NCBI GenBank assembly: GCA_963666975.2
Contig: CAXVYR010000004.1
Location: 32,001-96,000, forward strand
Origin: Terriglobia bacterium
GTDB lineage: Bacteria > Acidobacteriota > Terriglobia > 2-12-FULL-54-10
Reading direction: 5' to 3'
DNA: 64,000 bases
Under the pieces are notes generated by a model. That model was not told the DNA's origin. It did no database searches and was given only the letters and a program-made list of their open reading frames with translations. A program made the translations under genes and the position numbers. The first letter of the stretch is position 1. Every line of letters starts with the position of its first letter. Shown here piece by piece: positions 48,785-60,857 of the stretch.

Positions 48785-50020
48785 TTGGGTTTTGAACTTT
48801 TTATGGCCCTGCGTTACCTCCGCGCCAGACGGAAGATTGCGGTCATTTCCGTAATCACCGCGGTCTCCATGCTGGGCATCGCCGCCGGGGTCATGTCCCT
48901 GGTGGTCGCGCTGGCCGTCACCAACGGGCTGCGGCAAGAATGGCAGGGACGGCTGCTGGGCGCTACAGCCCATGTGAGCCTGCAAAGGATCGAGGGCAAC
49001 GGCATCCGCCAGTGGCGGCCGCTGCTCCAGAAGCTCTCCGGCACGCCGGGGGTAGTGGCTTCTGCTCCGGCGTTGTACGGAACGGTGCTGGCTTCGCGTG
49101 CCAACCGCTCCAGCCAGATGATCTTGAAAGGGGTGGACCCGAAAGTGGAATCGCAAGTCGGCACTCTGCTAGGCAGTGTCCGGGAAGGATCGGCGGAGGC
49201 GTTGAACGATCCGGTGGAGCCCGGCAGCCAGCCGCCTGTGGTGATTGGAAAACGCATGGCGGACTCGCTCGGCGCTTCCCCCGGGGACAGCATCTTGCTG
49301 ACCAGCCCGCAAGGGCACCTGACGCCTTTCGGCATGGTTCCCCGGTACCGTTACTTTGAAGTTGTGGGAGTGTTCGATTCCGGCTTCTATGAATTTGATT
49401 CCAGTTGGGCCTTCACGAACCTAAAGGAGGCCCAGCAAGTGCTGGGGCTGGACGATGTAATCTCGGTCATGGAGTTCAAAATCGCGGATATCTACCAAGC
49501 TCCGGCGGTGGCGGAAACGGTTCGGCGACTGGCCGGCAACGGGTTTTTCGGCAGCCATTGGATGGAGCAAAACCGGGCCCTGTTCAGCGCCCTGCGGCTG
49601 GAGAAAACGGTGGCGGTAATCATTATCGGATTGATTGTCTTCGTGGCGGCTTTGAACATCCTGATCTCTTTGGTGATGATGGTTATAGAAAAATACCGGG
49701 ACATCGCCATCCTGGTTTCGATGGGCGCGCATCGGAAGCAGATTCGCAACATTTTTCTGCTCCAAGGCATGATGATCGGCACGGTCGGAACCGCGCTGGG
49801 TTTGACCGGGGGGTATCTGCTCTCCTGGCTGGGCAGCCGCTATCATCTGATCCCGCTCGACCCGAATATCTATGACATCAGTTACCTGCCTTTCGATGCT
49901 AGAATCGTGGACGGAGTTTGGGTGGCAGGGGTGGCCTTGTTGATCAGCTTTCTGGCCACGCTCTACCCGGCGCACAACGCCACTTCCATCGCTCCGGCGG
50001 AGGCTCTGCGGTATGAATAA
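48785..50020 (+). CDS. lolC: Lipoprotein-releasing ABC permease LolC/E
   Basis: MacB/FtsX-type permease, IAILVSMGA, PAEALRYE; next to lolD. Confidence 0.9.
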   Translation: MGFELFMALRYLRARRKIAVISVITAVSMLGIAAGVMSLVVALAVTNGLRQEWQGRLLGATAHVSLQRIEGNGIRQWRPLLQKLSGTPGVVASAPALYGTVLASRANRSSQMILKGVDPKVESQVGTLLGSVREGSAEALNDPVEPGSQPPVVIGKRMADSLGASPGDSILLTSPQGHLTPFGMVPRYRYFEVVGVFDSGFYEFDSSWAFTNLKEAQQVLGLDDVISVMEFKIADIYQAPAVAETVRRLAGNGFFGSHWMEQNRALFSALRLEKTVAVIIIGLIVFVAALNILISLVMMVIEKYRDIAILVSMGAHRKQIRNIFLLQGMMIGTVGTALGLTGGYLLSWLGSRYHLIPLDPNIYDISYLPFDARIVDGVWVAGVALLISFLATLYPAHNATSIAPAEALRYE

Positions 50021-50139
50021 TTTGATCCCTGCCCTCGCGGATGGAAGATCGGAGCGCAAGGAGGAAACGTCTCCACAGGAACCGGCATCTAAGAAGTTGC
50101 GCAAACTGCAGAATGGTACAAGCTGCGAAATTGAGCAAA

Positions 50140-50826
50140 ATGTTACGAGCCGAAAATTTGACGAAGGCGTTCCGCTCCGGAAAGTCGCGTTTGGCGGTTT
50201 TGGAGAACCTGCAGTTGGACGTAGAGGCCGGCGAGATGGTGGCCATCGTCGGAGAGTCCGGCAGCGGGAAAAGCACGCTGCTGCACATCCTAGGCGCGCT
50301 GGACAAGCCGTCTGCCGGTGAGGTATACTTCGAGGGGAAGCAGTACTCGGAGCTTTCCGAGAACGAATTGGGGAGCTTGCGAAACCGCAATTTTGGTTTC
50401 GTGTGGCAGTTGCGCTCCTTGCTGCTGGAGTTCACGGCGCGTGAAAACATCGCTATGCCGCTGCGGATCCGGGGCGTGGAAAGCAAAGAGGCTGCGGAAC
50501 GGGCTGAAGGGTGGCTGGAACGCGTGGGTTTGAAAGACCGGGCAGCCCACCTGGCCGGAGAGCTTTCCGGAGGCGAGCAGCAACGCGCCGTTTTGGCCCG
50601 GGCGCTGGTGGGCGAGCCGAAAGTGCTGATGGCCGACGAACCGACCGGCAATCTGGATGCAAGAACCGGTGAAATGACTATGCAATTACTGGGAAGCTTG
50701 CATCAGGAATGCCGCATGACGACGGTGCTGGTCACGCACAACATAGGCTTTGCCCGGCGTTGTGACCGGGTGTTGAGGCTGGAAAACGGCAGACTGGAAG
50801 CCGTTTCCTTTTCCGAAACGATCTGA
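50140..50826 (+). CDS. lolD: Lipoprotein-releasing ABC ATPase
   Basis: GESGSGKST, LSGGEQQR, ADEPTGNLD; start uncertain. Confidence 0.9.
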   Translation: MLRAENLTKAFRSGKSRLAVLENLQLDVEAGEMVAIVGESGSGKSTLLHILGALDKPSAGEVYFEGKQYSELSENELGSLRNRNFGFVWQLRSLLLEFTARENIAMPLRIRGVESKEAAERAEGWLERVGLKDRAAHLAGELSGGEQQRAVLARALVGEPKVLMADEPTGNLDARTGEMTMQLLGSLHQECRMTTVLVTHNIGFARRCDRVLRLENGRLEAVSFSETI

Positions 50827-50871
50827 TCCTCCAGCCGGCCTGGGATCGGCTGGCGCGTCAGGGAAGGGCAT

Positions 50872-53316
50872 ATGTTCGAACGGTACACGGAAAAAGCCAG
50901 ACGCGTAATATTCTTTGCCCGCTACGAGGCGAGTCAGTTCGGCAGCCCGTACATCGAGTCCGAGCACCTGCTGCTGGGCCTGTTGCGCGAGGATAAGTCG
51001 CTGACCAACCGGTTCCTGCGCTCTCACGCTTCCATCGAGTCCATCCGCAAACAGATCGAGGGACACACCACCATCCGGGAAAAGGTTTCCACCTCCGTGG
51101 ATCTTCCCCTGAGCCACGAGAGCAAGCGGGTCTTGGCCTATGCAGCGGAAGAAGCCGAGCGGTTGTCGCACCGGCACATCGGCACCGAGCATCTACTGCT
51201 CGGTCTGCTGCGCGAAGAGAAATGTTTCGCAGCCGAAATACTGCGCGAGCGCGGCTTGCGCCTTTCCACCATCCGGGAGGAATTGGTCCGCTCGCAGTCG
51301 GAGAAAGTCTCCACATCGCGCCCCAAAGAGAGTTCCTTGCTGGGCGAGTTCAGCCGTGACCTGACGCAGGCCGCCATGGACAACTCCCTGGATCCGCTCG
51401 TCGGCCGGGAAAATGAGTTGGAGCGGATGATTCAAATTTTGTGCCGCCGCACCAAGAACAACCCCGTGCTGATCGGCGAGCCCGGAGTGGGAAAGACGGC
51501 CATTGTGGAAGGGCTGGCGCAGCGGATTGCCGACAGCGAGGTGCCTTCGTTCCTCGCCGAAAAGCGCATCCTGGCGCTCGACCTCTCCTTGATTGTGGCC
51601 GGCACAAAATACCGGGGGCAGTTCGAAGAGCGGTTGAAGACCATTATGAAGGAGTTGATGGAGAGCGCCAACGCCATCATCTTCATCGACGAATTGCACA
51701 CGCTGGTGGGCGCAGGCTCCGCCGAGGGATCTCTGGACGCCGCCAATATTCTGAAGCCTGCCCTCTCGCGAGGCGAAATTCAGTGCATCGGCGCCACCAC
51801 TCCGGCCGAGTTCCGCAAATCCATCGAAAAAGACCGCTCTCTCGAGCGGCGATTTCAGTCGATTAAAGTTCCGCCGCCGAGCGAAGCGGAAGCCGTCACC
51901 ATCCTGTTTGGCATCAAGGACCGCTACGAAAAATTCCACGCGGTCACTTATACCGACGAGGCTCTGCAAGCCTCCGTCTACAACTCCAACCGGTACATCC
52001 CGGACCGCTTCCTGCCGGATAAGGCCATCGACCTGATTGACGAGGCCGGAGCGCGGGTGAAGCTGCGCCAAACCACTCTGCCGGAAGAGCTGGTCGACAT
52101 TCAGAAGCGCATCAAGTTCATTGTCCACCGGATGGAGAACGCCATCGCCGGCCACGAATTTGAGAAGGCCCGTTTTTACAGCGATGAAGAGCGCAAGGAA
52201 CGGGAAAACCTGCGGGCCCTGCGCGAGAAATACCAACTGGATGAATCCTCCAGCGGCACCGTGGGCAAAGAGGACATTGAGGACGTGGTAGCCCGGTGGA
52301 CGGGAGTCCCGGTCACCTCTCTCAAGGAAGAGGAGATGGCCAAGCTGCTGCGCATCGAGGAGGAACTCCACAAGCGCATCATCAGCCAGGAAAAGGCAAT
52401 CTCGGCGCTGGCCCGCGCGGTCCGGCGTTCCCGCGCCGGTTTGAAGAATCCGGCGCGCCCGGTCGGCTCGTTCCTGTTTCTGGGTCCGACCGGCGTGGGG
52501 AAAACGGAGGTCGCGCGGTCTCTGGCGAAATTCCTCTTCGGCACCGAAAAGGCTTTGATCCGCTTCGACATGTCCGAGTACATGGAGAAGCACGCCGTCT
52601 CCAAGCTGATCGGGTCTCCACCGGGATACATCGGCTACGAGGAAGGCGGCCAGTTAACGGAACGGGTGAAGCGCACCCCGTATTCCATCATCCTGCTGGA
52701 TGAAATCGAGAAGGCTCATCCGGATATTTACAGCATCCTGTTGCAGGTTTACGAGGACGGCCAGCTGACCGACGGGCTGGGCAACACGGTGGACTTCAAG
52801 AACACGATTATCATCATGACCTCCAACATCGGCGCACGCTTCCTGGAGAAACGGAGTCAGATGGGCTTTCAGCCGCCGTCCGCCGAAGACCTGGCGGCCA
52901 AGACGGAGGAGATGGTGCGGGCCGAAGTCAAACGGGTCTTCAATCCGGAATTCCTCAACCGCCTGGACGAGATCATTCTGTTCAGTTCCTTGACGGACGA
53001 GGACCTGATCCAGGTGATTCAGCTGATGGTGAGCCAGATCAATGAAAGCCTGGCTCACAAAGAGATCAGCATCGCTCTTTCCCCTCAGGCGGAACGGTGG
53101 ATTTTGGAAAAGACCTGCCGGGACCGCTCCTACGGGGCAAGACCTCTGCGGCGCGCCCTGCAAAGGTACATTGAAGATCCACTGTCGGAAGCGTTGATTC
53201 AGGGTGTCCTCACGCGCCCCGCTTTCCTGGAAGTCTTTCTGGAAGGCGAGGGGCTGTACTACCGTCCTGTGGACAGCGCCGCGGAGCCTATACCCCTGTT
53301 CGTGACACAGGTTTGA
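50872..53316 (+). CDS. clpC: ATP-dependent Clp protease ATPase subunit
   Basis: Clp-N repeats, two Walker A motifs, UVR middle domain, MGF loop. Confidence 0.95.
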   Translation: MFERYTEKARRVIFFARYEASQFGSPYIESEHLLLGLLREDKSLTNRFLRSHASIESIRKQIEGHTTIREKVSTSVDLPLSHESKRVLAYAAEEAERLSHRHIGTEHLLLGLLREEKCFAAEILRERGLRLSTIREELVRSQSEKVSTSRPKESSLLGEFSRDLTQAAMDNSLDPLVGRENELERMIQILCRRTKNNPVLIGEPGVGKTAIVEGLAQRIADSEVPSFLAEKRILALDLSLIVAGTKYRGQFEERLKTIMKELMESANAIIFIDELHTLVGAGSAEGSLDAANILKPALSRGEIQCIGATTPAEFRKSIEKDRSLERRFQSIKVPPPSEAEAVTILFGIKDRYEKFHAVTYTDEALQASVYNSNRYIPDRFLPDKAIDLIDEAGARVKLRQTTLPEELVDIQKRIKFIVHRMENAIAGHEFEKARFYSDEERKERENLRALREKYQLDESSSGTVGKEDIEDVVARWTGVPVTSLKEEEMAKLLRIEEELHKRIISQEKAISALARAVRRSRAGLKNPARPVGSFLFLGPTGVGKTEVARSLAKFLFGTEKALIRFDMSEYMEKHAVSKLIGSPPGYIGYEEGGQLTERVKRTPYSIILLDEIEKAHPDIYSILLQVYEDGQLTDGLGNTVDFKNTIIIMTSNIGARFLEKRSQMGFQPPSAEDLAAKTEEMVRAEVKRVFNPEFLNRLDEIILFSSLTDEDLIQVIQLMVSQINESLAHKEISIALSPQAERWILEKTCRDRSYGARPLRRALQRYIEDPLSEALIQGVLTRPAFLEVFLEGEGLYYRPVDSAAEPIPLFVTQV

Positions 53317-53549
53317 GGCGGCAAAACCGGACCGGCGGCCTGGACCGGTAGCATGGCATGGTGTCGCGATCTTTTTTTTCCTTCCAAGTTTTGCTATAAA
53401 AGCTAAGGCTAAGGAAGATGTGTGTGATCCCCAGCAACTAAAATGGTGGCGAGGGGTTTATTTATAAGGGTCCATTACGCCTATGGCAGTCGTTGTTTTT
53501 TTGCGCTGACGAGTTCCCTGCGGCGGGCTACTGGCATCTCATTGTTATT

Positions 53550-56378
53550 ATGAACCGGTTCCTCCCCCATCGGCATTCGCTGCTTTCCCAGGCTATCCTG
53601 TTATTTATCCTGCTGCTGGGCTTGCAGTCCGGCGCTGCCCTGGCGCAAACGGACTCCGCAGGAGTGATTGAAGACATTGTCTTCCGGGGCAACCGGCGCG
53701 TGCCCACCGCTACGATGCGCGTCCGCATTTTCTCCAAGCCCGGCGACCCCTACAATGTAAACGCCCTCCGCCGGGACTTTATGGCCCTGTATAACACCGG
53801 TTTTTTTGATGACATCGTGCTCCGAGTCGAGGACGGAGCCGAGGGCAAGATCGTCATCTTCGAGGTCACGGAGAAACCTGTCATCCGCAGCATCGAATAC
53901 AAGGGCAACAGTTCCGTGACGCACTCGGACATCCTGGACCGTTTCAAGGAACGGCGGGTCGGGCTGACCGTAGAGAGCCGTTTTGATCCCACCCGCATCA
54001 AGCGCGCCGAAATGGTATTGAAGCAACTGCTGGCGGAACGAGGCCGCCAATATGCGGACATTACAGTCGATACGAAAACCATTCCGCCTTCTTCCGTGGC
54101 CCTGACCTTCACAATCGACGAAGGACCCAAGGTGAAAATCGGCAGGATCGATTTCGAAGGCAACACGGTGCTTCCCCGCCGGAAGCTGGTCCGCTCCATG
54201 AGGAACTCCCGGCCCATTGGAATTCCCCACAGCTTCATCTTGGAAAACCTGTTCAGCAAAACATACGACCGGAACAAGCTGGACGAGGATATGGAAGGTC
54301 TGCGGGCGGCCTATCAAGACGAAGGCTACTTCCGGGTTCTGGTCAACGCGCCGGTGGTGGTAACCCGTGAATCGCCCGCGAAACGGGGCGTGCCCATCCC
54401 CGTTCTCAACAAGTTGCCGATTCCGGGCATCAGGCGAAGCGGACCCGGAAGAAAGGTGGATATCACCGTTCCGCTGGTCGAAGGAGAGAAGTACACGCTG
54501 GGAGAGATGACCTTCGAGGGCGTGAAACTGTTTACCGAACCGGAGATGGTCCTGCGCCCGATGTTCGTGATGGAGCCGGGGGATCTGTTTGACGTTTCCA
54601 AGATCCGCGAAGGCCTGGAAAGCATGCGCAAGGTGTACGGGGAGTTTGGTTACATCAATTTTGTGGCCAGTCCCGAAACCTTGATCGATGACGTGAACCG
54701 CGAGATTGACATGGTGTTCAACGTCGAGGAGGACAAGCAATTCCTGGTGCGGCGGATCGACTTTACGGGAAACACCACCACCCGCGACAAGGTCATCCGG
54801 CGGGAATTGCTGCTGACCGAAGGGTCCATGTTCAACAGCCGCCTGTGGGAGCTAAGCCTTTTGCGGCTGAATCAGCTGGACTACTTTGAAAAGCTGGAGC
54901 CGGCCGATTCGGACGTGCAGCCCGACAACCGCACCGGAACCGTCGATCTTCATTTGGCTGTCAAGGAGAAGGGGAAGAACGCCATCGGTTTCACCGGAGG
55001 CGTGAGCGGGCTGTCGGGAAGCTTTGTGGGTTTCAGCTACCAGACCAACAACTTTATGGGATTGGGAGAGACCCTTTCTTTTAACGCTCAGTTGGGCAGC
55101 CTGGAGCGCAATTTGCTGCTGGGGCTGACCCATCCGTATGCATTCGACCGGCCTCTTCAGGTCGGATTCACGGTGTTCTCCCGCCGTTTTAACTTCGACG
55201 AAGGCCAGCAGGCATCCATCTTCTCCGGCCAGGACGTCCGGCCCATCTTTGACGCTCTGGGGACCGATAACATCCAGAGGTATCGCCAAACCAGCATCGG
55301 CTTCACCTCCTTCGCCAGTTATCCGCTGCGCAACAATTTTTCCCGCGTGGGACTGACCTACAGTTATGACTCCAGCAGCATCACCACCTTCAGCGAGGCT
55401 TCCCGGCGGCTGTTTGAAGACATCAACTTCAACGGATTAGGGGGTGGCAACTCGTTGGAGGGCATTCGCACCAGCAAAATCATTCCCACCTTTACATACA
55501 ACACGGTCGATCACCCTGTGACCCCTTCGCGCGGCAAGAGCTTCTTTGGCAGTCTGGAGCTGGCGGGACTCGGCGGCAACGTCCGCACCTACCGGCCTAC
55601 CGTCGACTTCAAATGGTTTCGTCCCATGTCGGAAGGTTTCCAGCCCCGGGTCTTCGCCATGCACCTGCTCGGTTCCACTATGAGCGGTTATGGAGGGCGC
55701 GTGCTTCCGCCCTTTACGCGATTCTATGTCGGCGGGGAAACCGACATTCGCGGCTTTGACTTTTTCACAATCAGCCCGGTCGCCTTCATTCCGGACATCG
55801 CCGCAGTGCCTGTCCTCAATACCGACGGCGCGCCACGTACCACCACCGCCTTGGATCAACTGGGCCTGGAGAACCAAGCGGTGCAGACCATGCTGGTCCC
55901 CGTGAACCGTACGACCTTCCCCGGCGGCGACACCAAAATCATTGCGAACTTCGAGTATCGGATTCCTTTGTTTGGCCCGGTCTCGCTGGCTCCCTTTCTG
56001 GACGCCGGCTATAACATCGCCTGGAGGCGGTCGCAATTGGCGCTGACCGACCGGCGACTGGCAGAACTGCAAAGCCAGTTCCCCAGCACAAATTTCAAAC
56101 GACAACTGGACCTGGCGGCGGACACCAACAATCGGTTGAGAGCCTCGACGGGTATCGAGCTGCAGGTGATCCTGCCGGTTGTGAACGCCCCCTTCCGAAT
56201 CTACTGGGCCCGCAATATATCCCGCCTCACAACGAATATATTTCCCACACCCCTGGTGGAGCGCGCCTTCTTCCCCAATGAAGCCAGCTTCAACAACGCG
56301 GTGAACGCTTTCGGCACGCCGATTCCCTTTGACGAACCCAAAAGCACCTTCCGCTTTACCATCGGCCGTACCTTCTAG
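53550..56378 (+). CDS. bamA: Outer membrane protein assembly factor BamA
   Basis: Signal peptide, POTRA repeats, IRGF motif, terminal Phe. Confidence 0.96.
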   Translation: MNRFLPHRHSLLSQAILLFILLLGLQSGAALAQTDSAGVIEDIVFRGNRRVPTATMRVRIFSKPGDPYNVNALRRDFMALYNTGFFDDIVLRVEDGAEGKIVIFEVTEKPVIRSIEYKGNSSVTHSDILDRFKERRVGLTVESRFDPTRIKRAEMVLKQLLAERGRQYADITVDTKTIPPSSVALTFTIDEGPKVKIGRIDFEGNTVLPRRKLVRSMRNSRPIGIPHSFILENLFSKTYDRNKLDEDMEGLRAAYQDEGYFRVLVNAPVVVTRESPAKRGVPIPVLNKLPIPGIRRSGPGRKVDITVPLVEGEKYTLGEMTFEGVKLFTEPEMVLRPMFVMEPGDLFDVSKIREGLESMRKVYGEFGYINFVASPETLIDDVNREIDMVFNVEEDKQFLVRRIDFTGNTTTRDKVIRRELLLTEGSMFNSRLWELSLLRLNQLDYFEKLEPADSDVQPDNRTGTVDLHLAVKEKGKNAIGFTGGVSGLSGSFVGFSYQTNNFMGLGETLSFNAQLGSLERNLLLGLTHPYAFDRPLQVGFTVFSRRFNFDEGQQASIFSGQDVRPIFDALGTDNIQRYRQTSIGFTSFASYPLRNNFSRVGLTYSYDSSSITTFSEASRRLFEDINFNGLGGGNSLEGIRTSKIIPTFTYNTVDHPVTPSRGKSFFGSLELAGLGGNVRTYRPTVDFKWFRPMSEGFQPRVFAMHLLGSTMSGYGGRVLPPFTRFYVGGETDIRGFDFFTISPVAFIPDIAAVPVLNTDGAPRTTTALDQLGLENQAVQTMLVPVNRTTFPGGDTKIIANFEYRIPLFGPVSLAPFLDAGYNIAWRRSQLALTDRRLAELQSQFPSTNFKRQLDLAADTNNRLRASTGIELQVILPVVNAPFRIYWARNISRLTTNIFPTPLVERAFFPNEASFNNAVNAFGTPIPFDEPKSTFRFTIGRTF

Positions 56379-56423
56379 GCCATTTTCATAGTTGCTGCAT
56401 TTTCATGGTTGCTGCAAACCGTA

Positions 56424-56544
56424 TCCGAGCCGCGAGAGCCTGCCCCGCCTGTCCTGAGCATAGCCGAAGGGAGCAGAGTCGAGGGGTGAGGGAGCGGTCA
56501 ACCAAGCTTTGCCTGCTCACCTGGCGTTCGGTGCCCGCTTGCTA
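56424..56544. repeat. REP family A copy with a nested 2x24-bp insert; right arm cut by the IS
   Basis: TCCGAGCCGCGAGA[48 bp]GTGAGGGAGCGGT...CCGCTTGCTA then IS. Confidence 0.8.
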
Positions 56545-58056
56545 TGTACGTCGTCAGATAATGTTGGACACAGAGCATAAAAAGATAAGGTGGCGTTCAG
56601 GCTCCTCTGGGTTGATGTTAGGCTGCCCTTCTTTTGAAGTGCAACCGTTTTCTTAAGATCATAGTTTTCTCTTTGATGCGATCCCGTTTTTGCAGGATGG
56701 CACTGCCTTGGCCTGTAAAAACGTCATACGGTGTCAGGTTGTTCAGGCTTTCATGGTATCGGTTGGTGTTGTAGTGGTTGACGAAGGCATCGATCTGCCG
56801 CTCCAGCTCTTCTGGCAGGTAATAGTTGTTGAGCAGGATGCGGTCTTTCAGAGTTCGGTGCCAGCGTTCGATCTTGCCCTGCGTCATGGGGTGATAGGGC
56901 TTGCCGCGAGTATGCGGCACGCTGTTTTCTGCCAGCCATGATTGCAGTTCGGAAGAGACGTAGCACGGCCCGTTGTCGCTCAGGAGGCGAGGTCTGTGCC
57001 GGGCGCCCACGCGGTCGAGGCCGGTGGCTTGCAAAGCATCCCGCAACGTGGCCGAGACGTCACTTGCGCTCATGGTTTTGCACAGCCGCCAGGCGATGAT
57101 ATAGCGCGAGAAGTCGTCCAGCACCGTGGACAGGTAGAACCAGCCCCAACCGATGACTTTCAGGTAGGTGAAGTCGGTCTGCCAGAGCTGGTTGACCGCC
57201 GTGGTCGGGTTGGCGAACCGTTCCGCCGCTTTCAGGACAATAAAGGCTGGCGCGGTAATCAGGTCATGGCTTTTCAGGACGCGGTAAACCGTCGATTCAG
57301 AAAGGTAATACCGCCTTTCCTCGGTAAAACGCACCGCCAGCTCGCGTGACGACAGATCGGGCTCGGCCAGGGCTAACGTCACCAACTGCTGAGTTATCTC
57401 CTCCGGCACCTTGTTCCAGACAGGGCCAGGATCGGGTTTTTTGTCTTCCAGCCCATCAAAGCCTTCCGACACATAGCGGTCGTACCAGTTGTAAAACGTC
57501 GATCTGGGAATGCCAACCTGCTGCAGCGTCCGGCGCACCCCCAGGGCAGATTGCTCCACCGTGCAGATGATCTCCAGCTTCTCCGAGGCAGGGTATCTCA
57601 TGTATGTTCCTCCCCATCCCCGATCACGCTTTTTTTTAGCAGGCGATTTTCCAGCATAGCCTCGGCCAGGGCCTCTTTCAGCTGTACGGCCTGCTCCCGC
57701 AGAGTCTTGACTTCGCCACTGGTTGCCTCACGGTCTATGTCGCCCGCCAGCCGCTTGCGGCCAGCCTCCAGAAACTCCTTGCTCCAGCGGTAATACTGGT
57801 TCTGGTGCAGCCCCTCGCGGCGGCACAGCTCCGCGATGCTGTCCTCGCCGCGAAGTCCCTGCAATACAATGCGGATTTTGTCTTCCGGGCTGAACCTGCG
57901 CCGCGTCCTGCGTTTGATCTCCCGGACGGCCTTCTCGACCGCCCCCCTGTCGTCTTGTTTTTGTCTCATCTTCGTTCCTTTCAGTCTCTACGATGAGCCA
58001 AAAACATCACCTTAACTATTACCCTCTACCTGTCCAACAAGCCCTGACGGGGCACA
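56545..58056 (-). mobile_element. IS3-family insertion sequence, copy 1 (1512 bp)
   Basis: TGT...ACA ends with imperfect IRs; orfA/orfB; appears identical to copy 2. Confidence 0.95.
56618..57969 (-). CDS. IS3-family transposase OrfAB (orfA 57598-57969, orfB 56618-57601), probable -1 frameshift
   Basis: HTH orfA; DDE orfB (WQTDFT, SDNG, GKIERW); A8G slippery run 57629-57637. Confidence 0.93.
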
Positions 58057-58762
58057 CAGGGCAACATCCCCACGTTTCTCCGCGTCACGGCCGGTGCCGT
58101 GCACGATGTCAACATCCTCGACGAGATCGTTCCGGAAGCGGGCGCGTTCTACGTGATGGATCGCGGCTACATCGACTTCGAGCGACTCTTTGTCTTCACA
58201 CTCTGCTCCGCATTTTTCGTCGTGCGGACGAAAGAGAACGTCTTGCTCCAACGCCGCTATTCTCATCCAGCAGACAGAACCAGCGGCTTGCGATCCGATC
58301 ATACCGTGATCCTGACCGGGAACGCCTCGGCCAGGGCATACCCCGATCCGCTACGGCGCGTTACGTACTTCGATGCAGAAACAAACAAGCGCCTGAAGTT
58401 TCTTACCAACAATTTCGTGCTACCCGCACTCACTATCGCTCAAATCTACAAGTGCCGCTGGCAGGTGGAACTGTTCTTCAAATGGATCAAGCAGCACCTG
58501 CGAATCAAGGCATTCTATGGCACCAGCCAAAACGCAGTGAAGACTCAAATCTGGATCGCCGTTTCGATCTATGTACTCGTGGCCATTGTCCGGAAGCGTC
58601 TCGCTTTGGAAGCCAGCCTTTACCAAATTTTACAGATTCTCAGTGTTACTCTTTTCGAGAAAGTGCCCATTTTACAGGCCCTGGAAGCATCGGGCTCCCA
58701 AGACGATTTAGTCAGAAATCCCAACCAGTTGATTCTGTTCGAGTTTTAACCGGACAGCAATG
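58057..58762 (+). pseudogene. 5'-truncated IS4-family transposase with its right end
   Basis: VHDVNILD, MDRGY, YKCRWQVELFFKWIKQHL (YREK-type); terminal CCGGACAGCAATG; begins mid-gene at the IS3 end. Confidence 0.88.
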
Positions 58763-58964
58763 GTAGTGGGTATATAGGAAGGGTTATGAGGAGGACTCGG
58801 GCCAACTCCTCTCCGCCTTTTCCTCACATACCCCCTCACAAGTCACTACACCCACTACAGGGTCTGCGGAGACGAGGCTTTCAAATTGCTGATCGCTTGC
58901 CTAAGCGGATGCCCATTTGTCAGATGGCCTACCCCACGACGGAAGCCGAAACTCGGCACAGCTT

Positions 58965-60857
58965 CTACCATTGAGCCGCCGGACCGCCGAGTTCCACCTG
59001 GGACCCGGTCGGTTGCATCCCGATTTCGCGGGCCAGCGATGGGACCAAGTGCACTACCTTGCCTCCTAGCATCGTCATCAAAACTCGGACGTTTGGAATG
59101 TCATCCACCGGAATGGTCAGATAATCCCTATCCAAGACAGCCAGGTCAGCAAGCTTTCCTGGTTCCAGTGAGCCCAACTTCTCTTCCCGCAGCATGTAAT
59201 AGGCTCCATTCAGGGTGGCCGATTTTAGCATGACCTCACGACTGACAGCCTGCTGAGGAGCATTCACTCTTCCCTCCTGATCCTTTCGGGTAATGCCCGC
59301 ATAGAGAACAGTGAAAAAGGTCAAGTCTGTGTATCCAAAAGGCCGATCGATTTCAACGCTTTGTCTCACGCCAGCCTCGAGCAAATTCTTCCGCGGAACC
59401 ACCCATTGAGCTGCCTCTTCGCCGAAATCTAGCAGTACCTGGTGCGCTCCTCCTTCCCATACATACATGTCCCAGCCACCTAACATGAACCCGAGATTCT
59501 TAATTTGCGGAATCTGGTCCGGACGTGGGTTATACGCCAGATGGTCCCACGTATGCCGTTTGGCCCGAATCTGATCCAGCGTCATCCCGGCATCTTTACT
59601 TGCCCGCTCAACGATTTCCAACAAGTAATCCATGTTTTTGTCGCCATCTGTGTGAGCACCAGTCAATCTTCCCCCGGCCCTTATATAGTTGTACAATGCC
59701 TGCCTGTTCCGCGTTCCCGTGACCGGATCCAGCTCACAAGGAGTTTCCTTAGCAAACTGTTGCGCTTCTGGCGTAACTCCGGGCACTGAAATACATCTGC
59801 TTCCCACTCCAGGCGGCCAACCCCCTGCGAGCCACAGGTAATCAGACCCTTTGCCGACCATCGCGTTCACAAGAAGGAGATTGTAGGTATTCGACGTCAT
59901 AGGTTGCCCGGGCAGGCTTCCCTCCGTAACTCTCCACGTCCAGGGGATTCGGATCTTTAATTGTCCCCTTTGGTCAAGTTCGTTATACGCAGTCAGCGCA
60001 CCCCCTGTATACATGGCCGTGGAATTCAGCGTGATTCCGTAACCTGCCCACCAGGATCCGCCCAGACGGAGAATCTCCTTCAATACGTCCGGGGAATATA
60101 GTATATTCCGCTCGATTTTGCGGTAATTCGTAATGCCGACTCCTGTTTGCGGGTCTCCTCCAAATAGACTTGCCAAGTGGCTCTCTTCTGTTATCCCCCA
60201 TTCTCTCCAGTAGTCGTAGATCACCTCGATGGCCTTTTGATTCACCAGTGTCCCCACGAAACCGGCGCGAATCAGTACTGGGTTATTCGGAGCGATTCTG
60301 TCCAGCATCTGCTTGTTGATCTGTCTTCCAAAGGACCCTTGAATTACCTCTTGTCCCTTGTATTCTCTTCCATACAGCATGCTGATCCGAATCCATTGCC
60401 CGGGCTTAGCTGCCCGGACTGATTCCTCCAACAATCGCGGTAGCATTAGCACCTGCTGCTCCGGCGGTTCTTCCCACAAGAACCGCTCAATATGTATATC
60501 GTCATTCACCACCTTCCGGACGATGTACGGATTTAGCGGGTCCCAATCTTGCGGATGATCATGGGTGATCGCCAGGCCTGGGGTTACCATCCGGCCCCTC
60601 AAGTCAATACTCTTCGTGTTCGAACCGGCCAGGGCGCGAATCTGCGCATTGCTACCAACCGCCAGAATCGAATCCCCTCGAATCGCAATGGCTTCGGCTA
60701 TTGTGCCCAAGTTCCCATTGATCCCGTGGTCATTCACCGTTACCAGCTTTCCGTTGTAGAGAATGGTATCTGGGGCTTGTTGAGCCCACAGGAGGCCCTG
60801 TCCAGCCCAGCTTACCCACATCAATATCGCCATTCCCAAAACCCATTGCCTTTTCAT
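58965..60857 (-). CDS. Secreted amidohydrolase family protein (Amidohydro_3/YtcJ-like)
   Basis: Signal peptide, DLRGRMVTPGLAITHDH, GSLEPGKLADLAVLDRD. Confidence 0.85.
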   Translation of the reverse strand: MKRQWVLGMAILMWVSWAGQGLLWAQQAPDTILYNGKLVTVNDHGINGNLGTIAEAIAIRGDSILAVGSNAQIRALAGSNTKSIDLRGRMVTPGLAITHDHPQDWDPLNPYIVRKVVNDDIHIERFLWEEPPEQQVLMLPRLLEESVRAAKPGQWIRISMLYGREYKGQEVIQGSFGRQINKQMLDRIAPNNPVLIRAGFVGTLVNQKAIEVIYDYWREWGITEESHLASLFGGDPQTGVGITNYRKIERNILYSPDVLKEILRLGGSWWAGYGITLNSTAMYTGGALTAYNELDQRGQLKIRIPWTWRVTEGSLPGQPMTSNTYNLLLVNAMVGKGSDYLWLAGGWPPGVGSRCISVPGVTPEAQQFAKETPCELDPVTGTRNRQALYNYIRAGGRLTGAHTDGDKNMDYLLEIVERASKDAGMTLDQIRAKRHTWDHLAYNPRPDQIPQIKNLGFMLGGWDMYVWEGGAHQVLLDFGEEAAQWVVPRKNLLEAGVRQSVEIDRPFGYTDLTFFTVLYAGITRKDQEGRVNAPQQAVSREVMLKSATLNGAYYMLREEKLGSLEPGKLADLAVLDRDYLTIPVDDIPNVRVLMTMLGGKVVHLVPSLAREIGMQPTGSQVELGGPAAQW

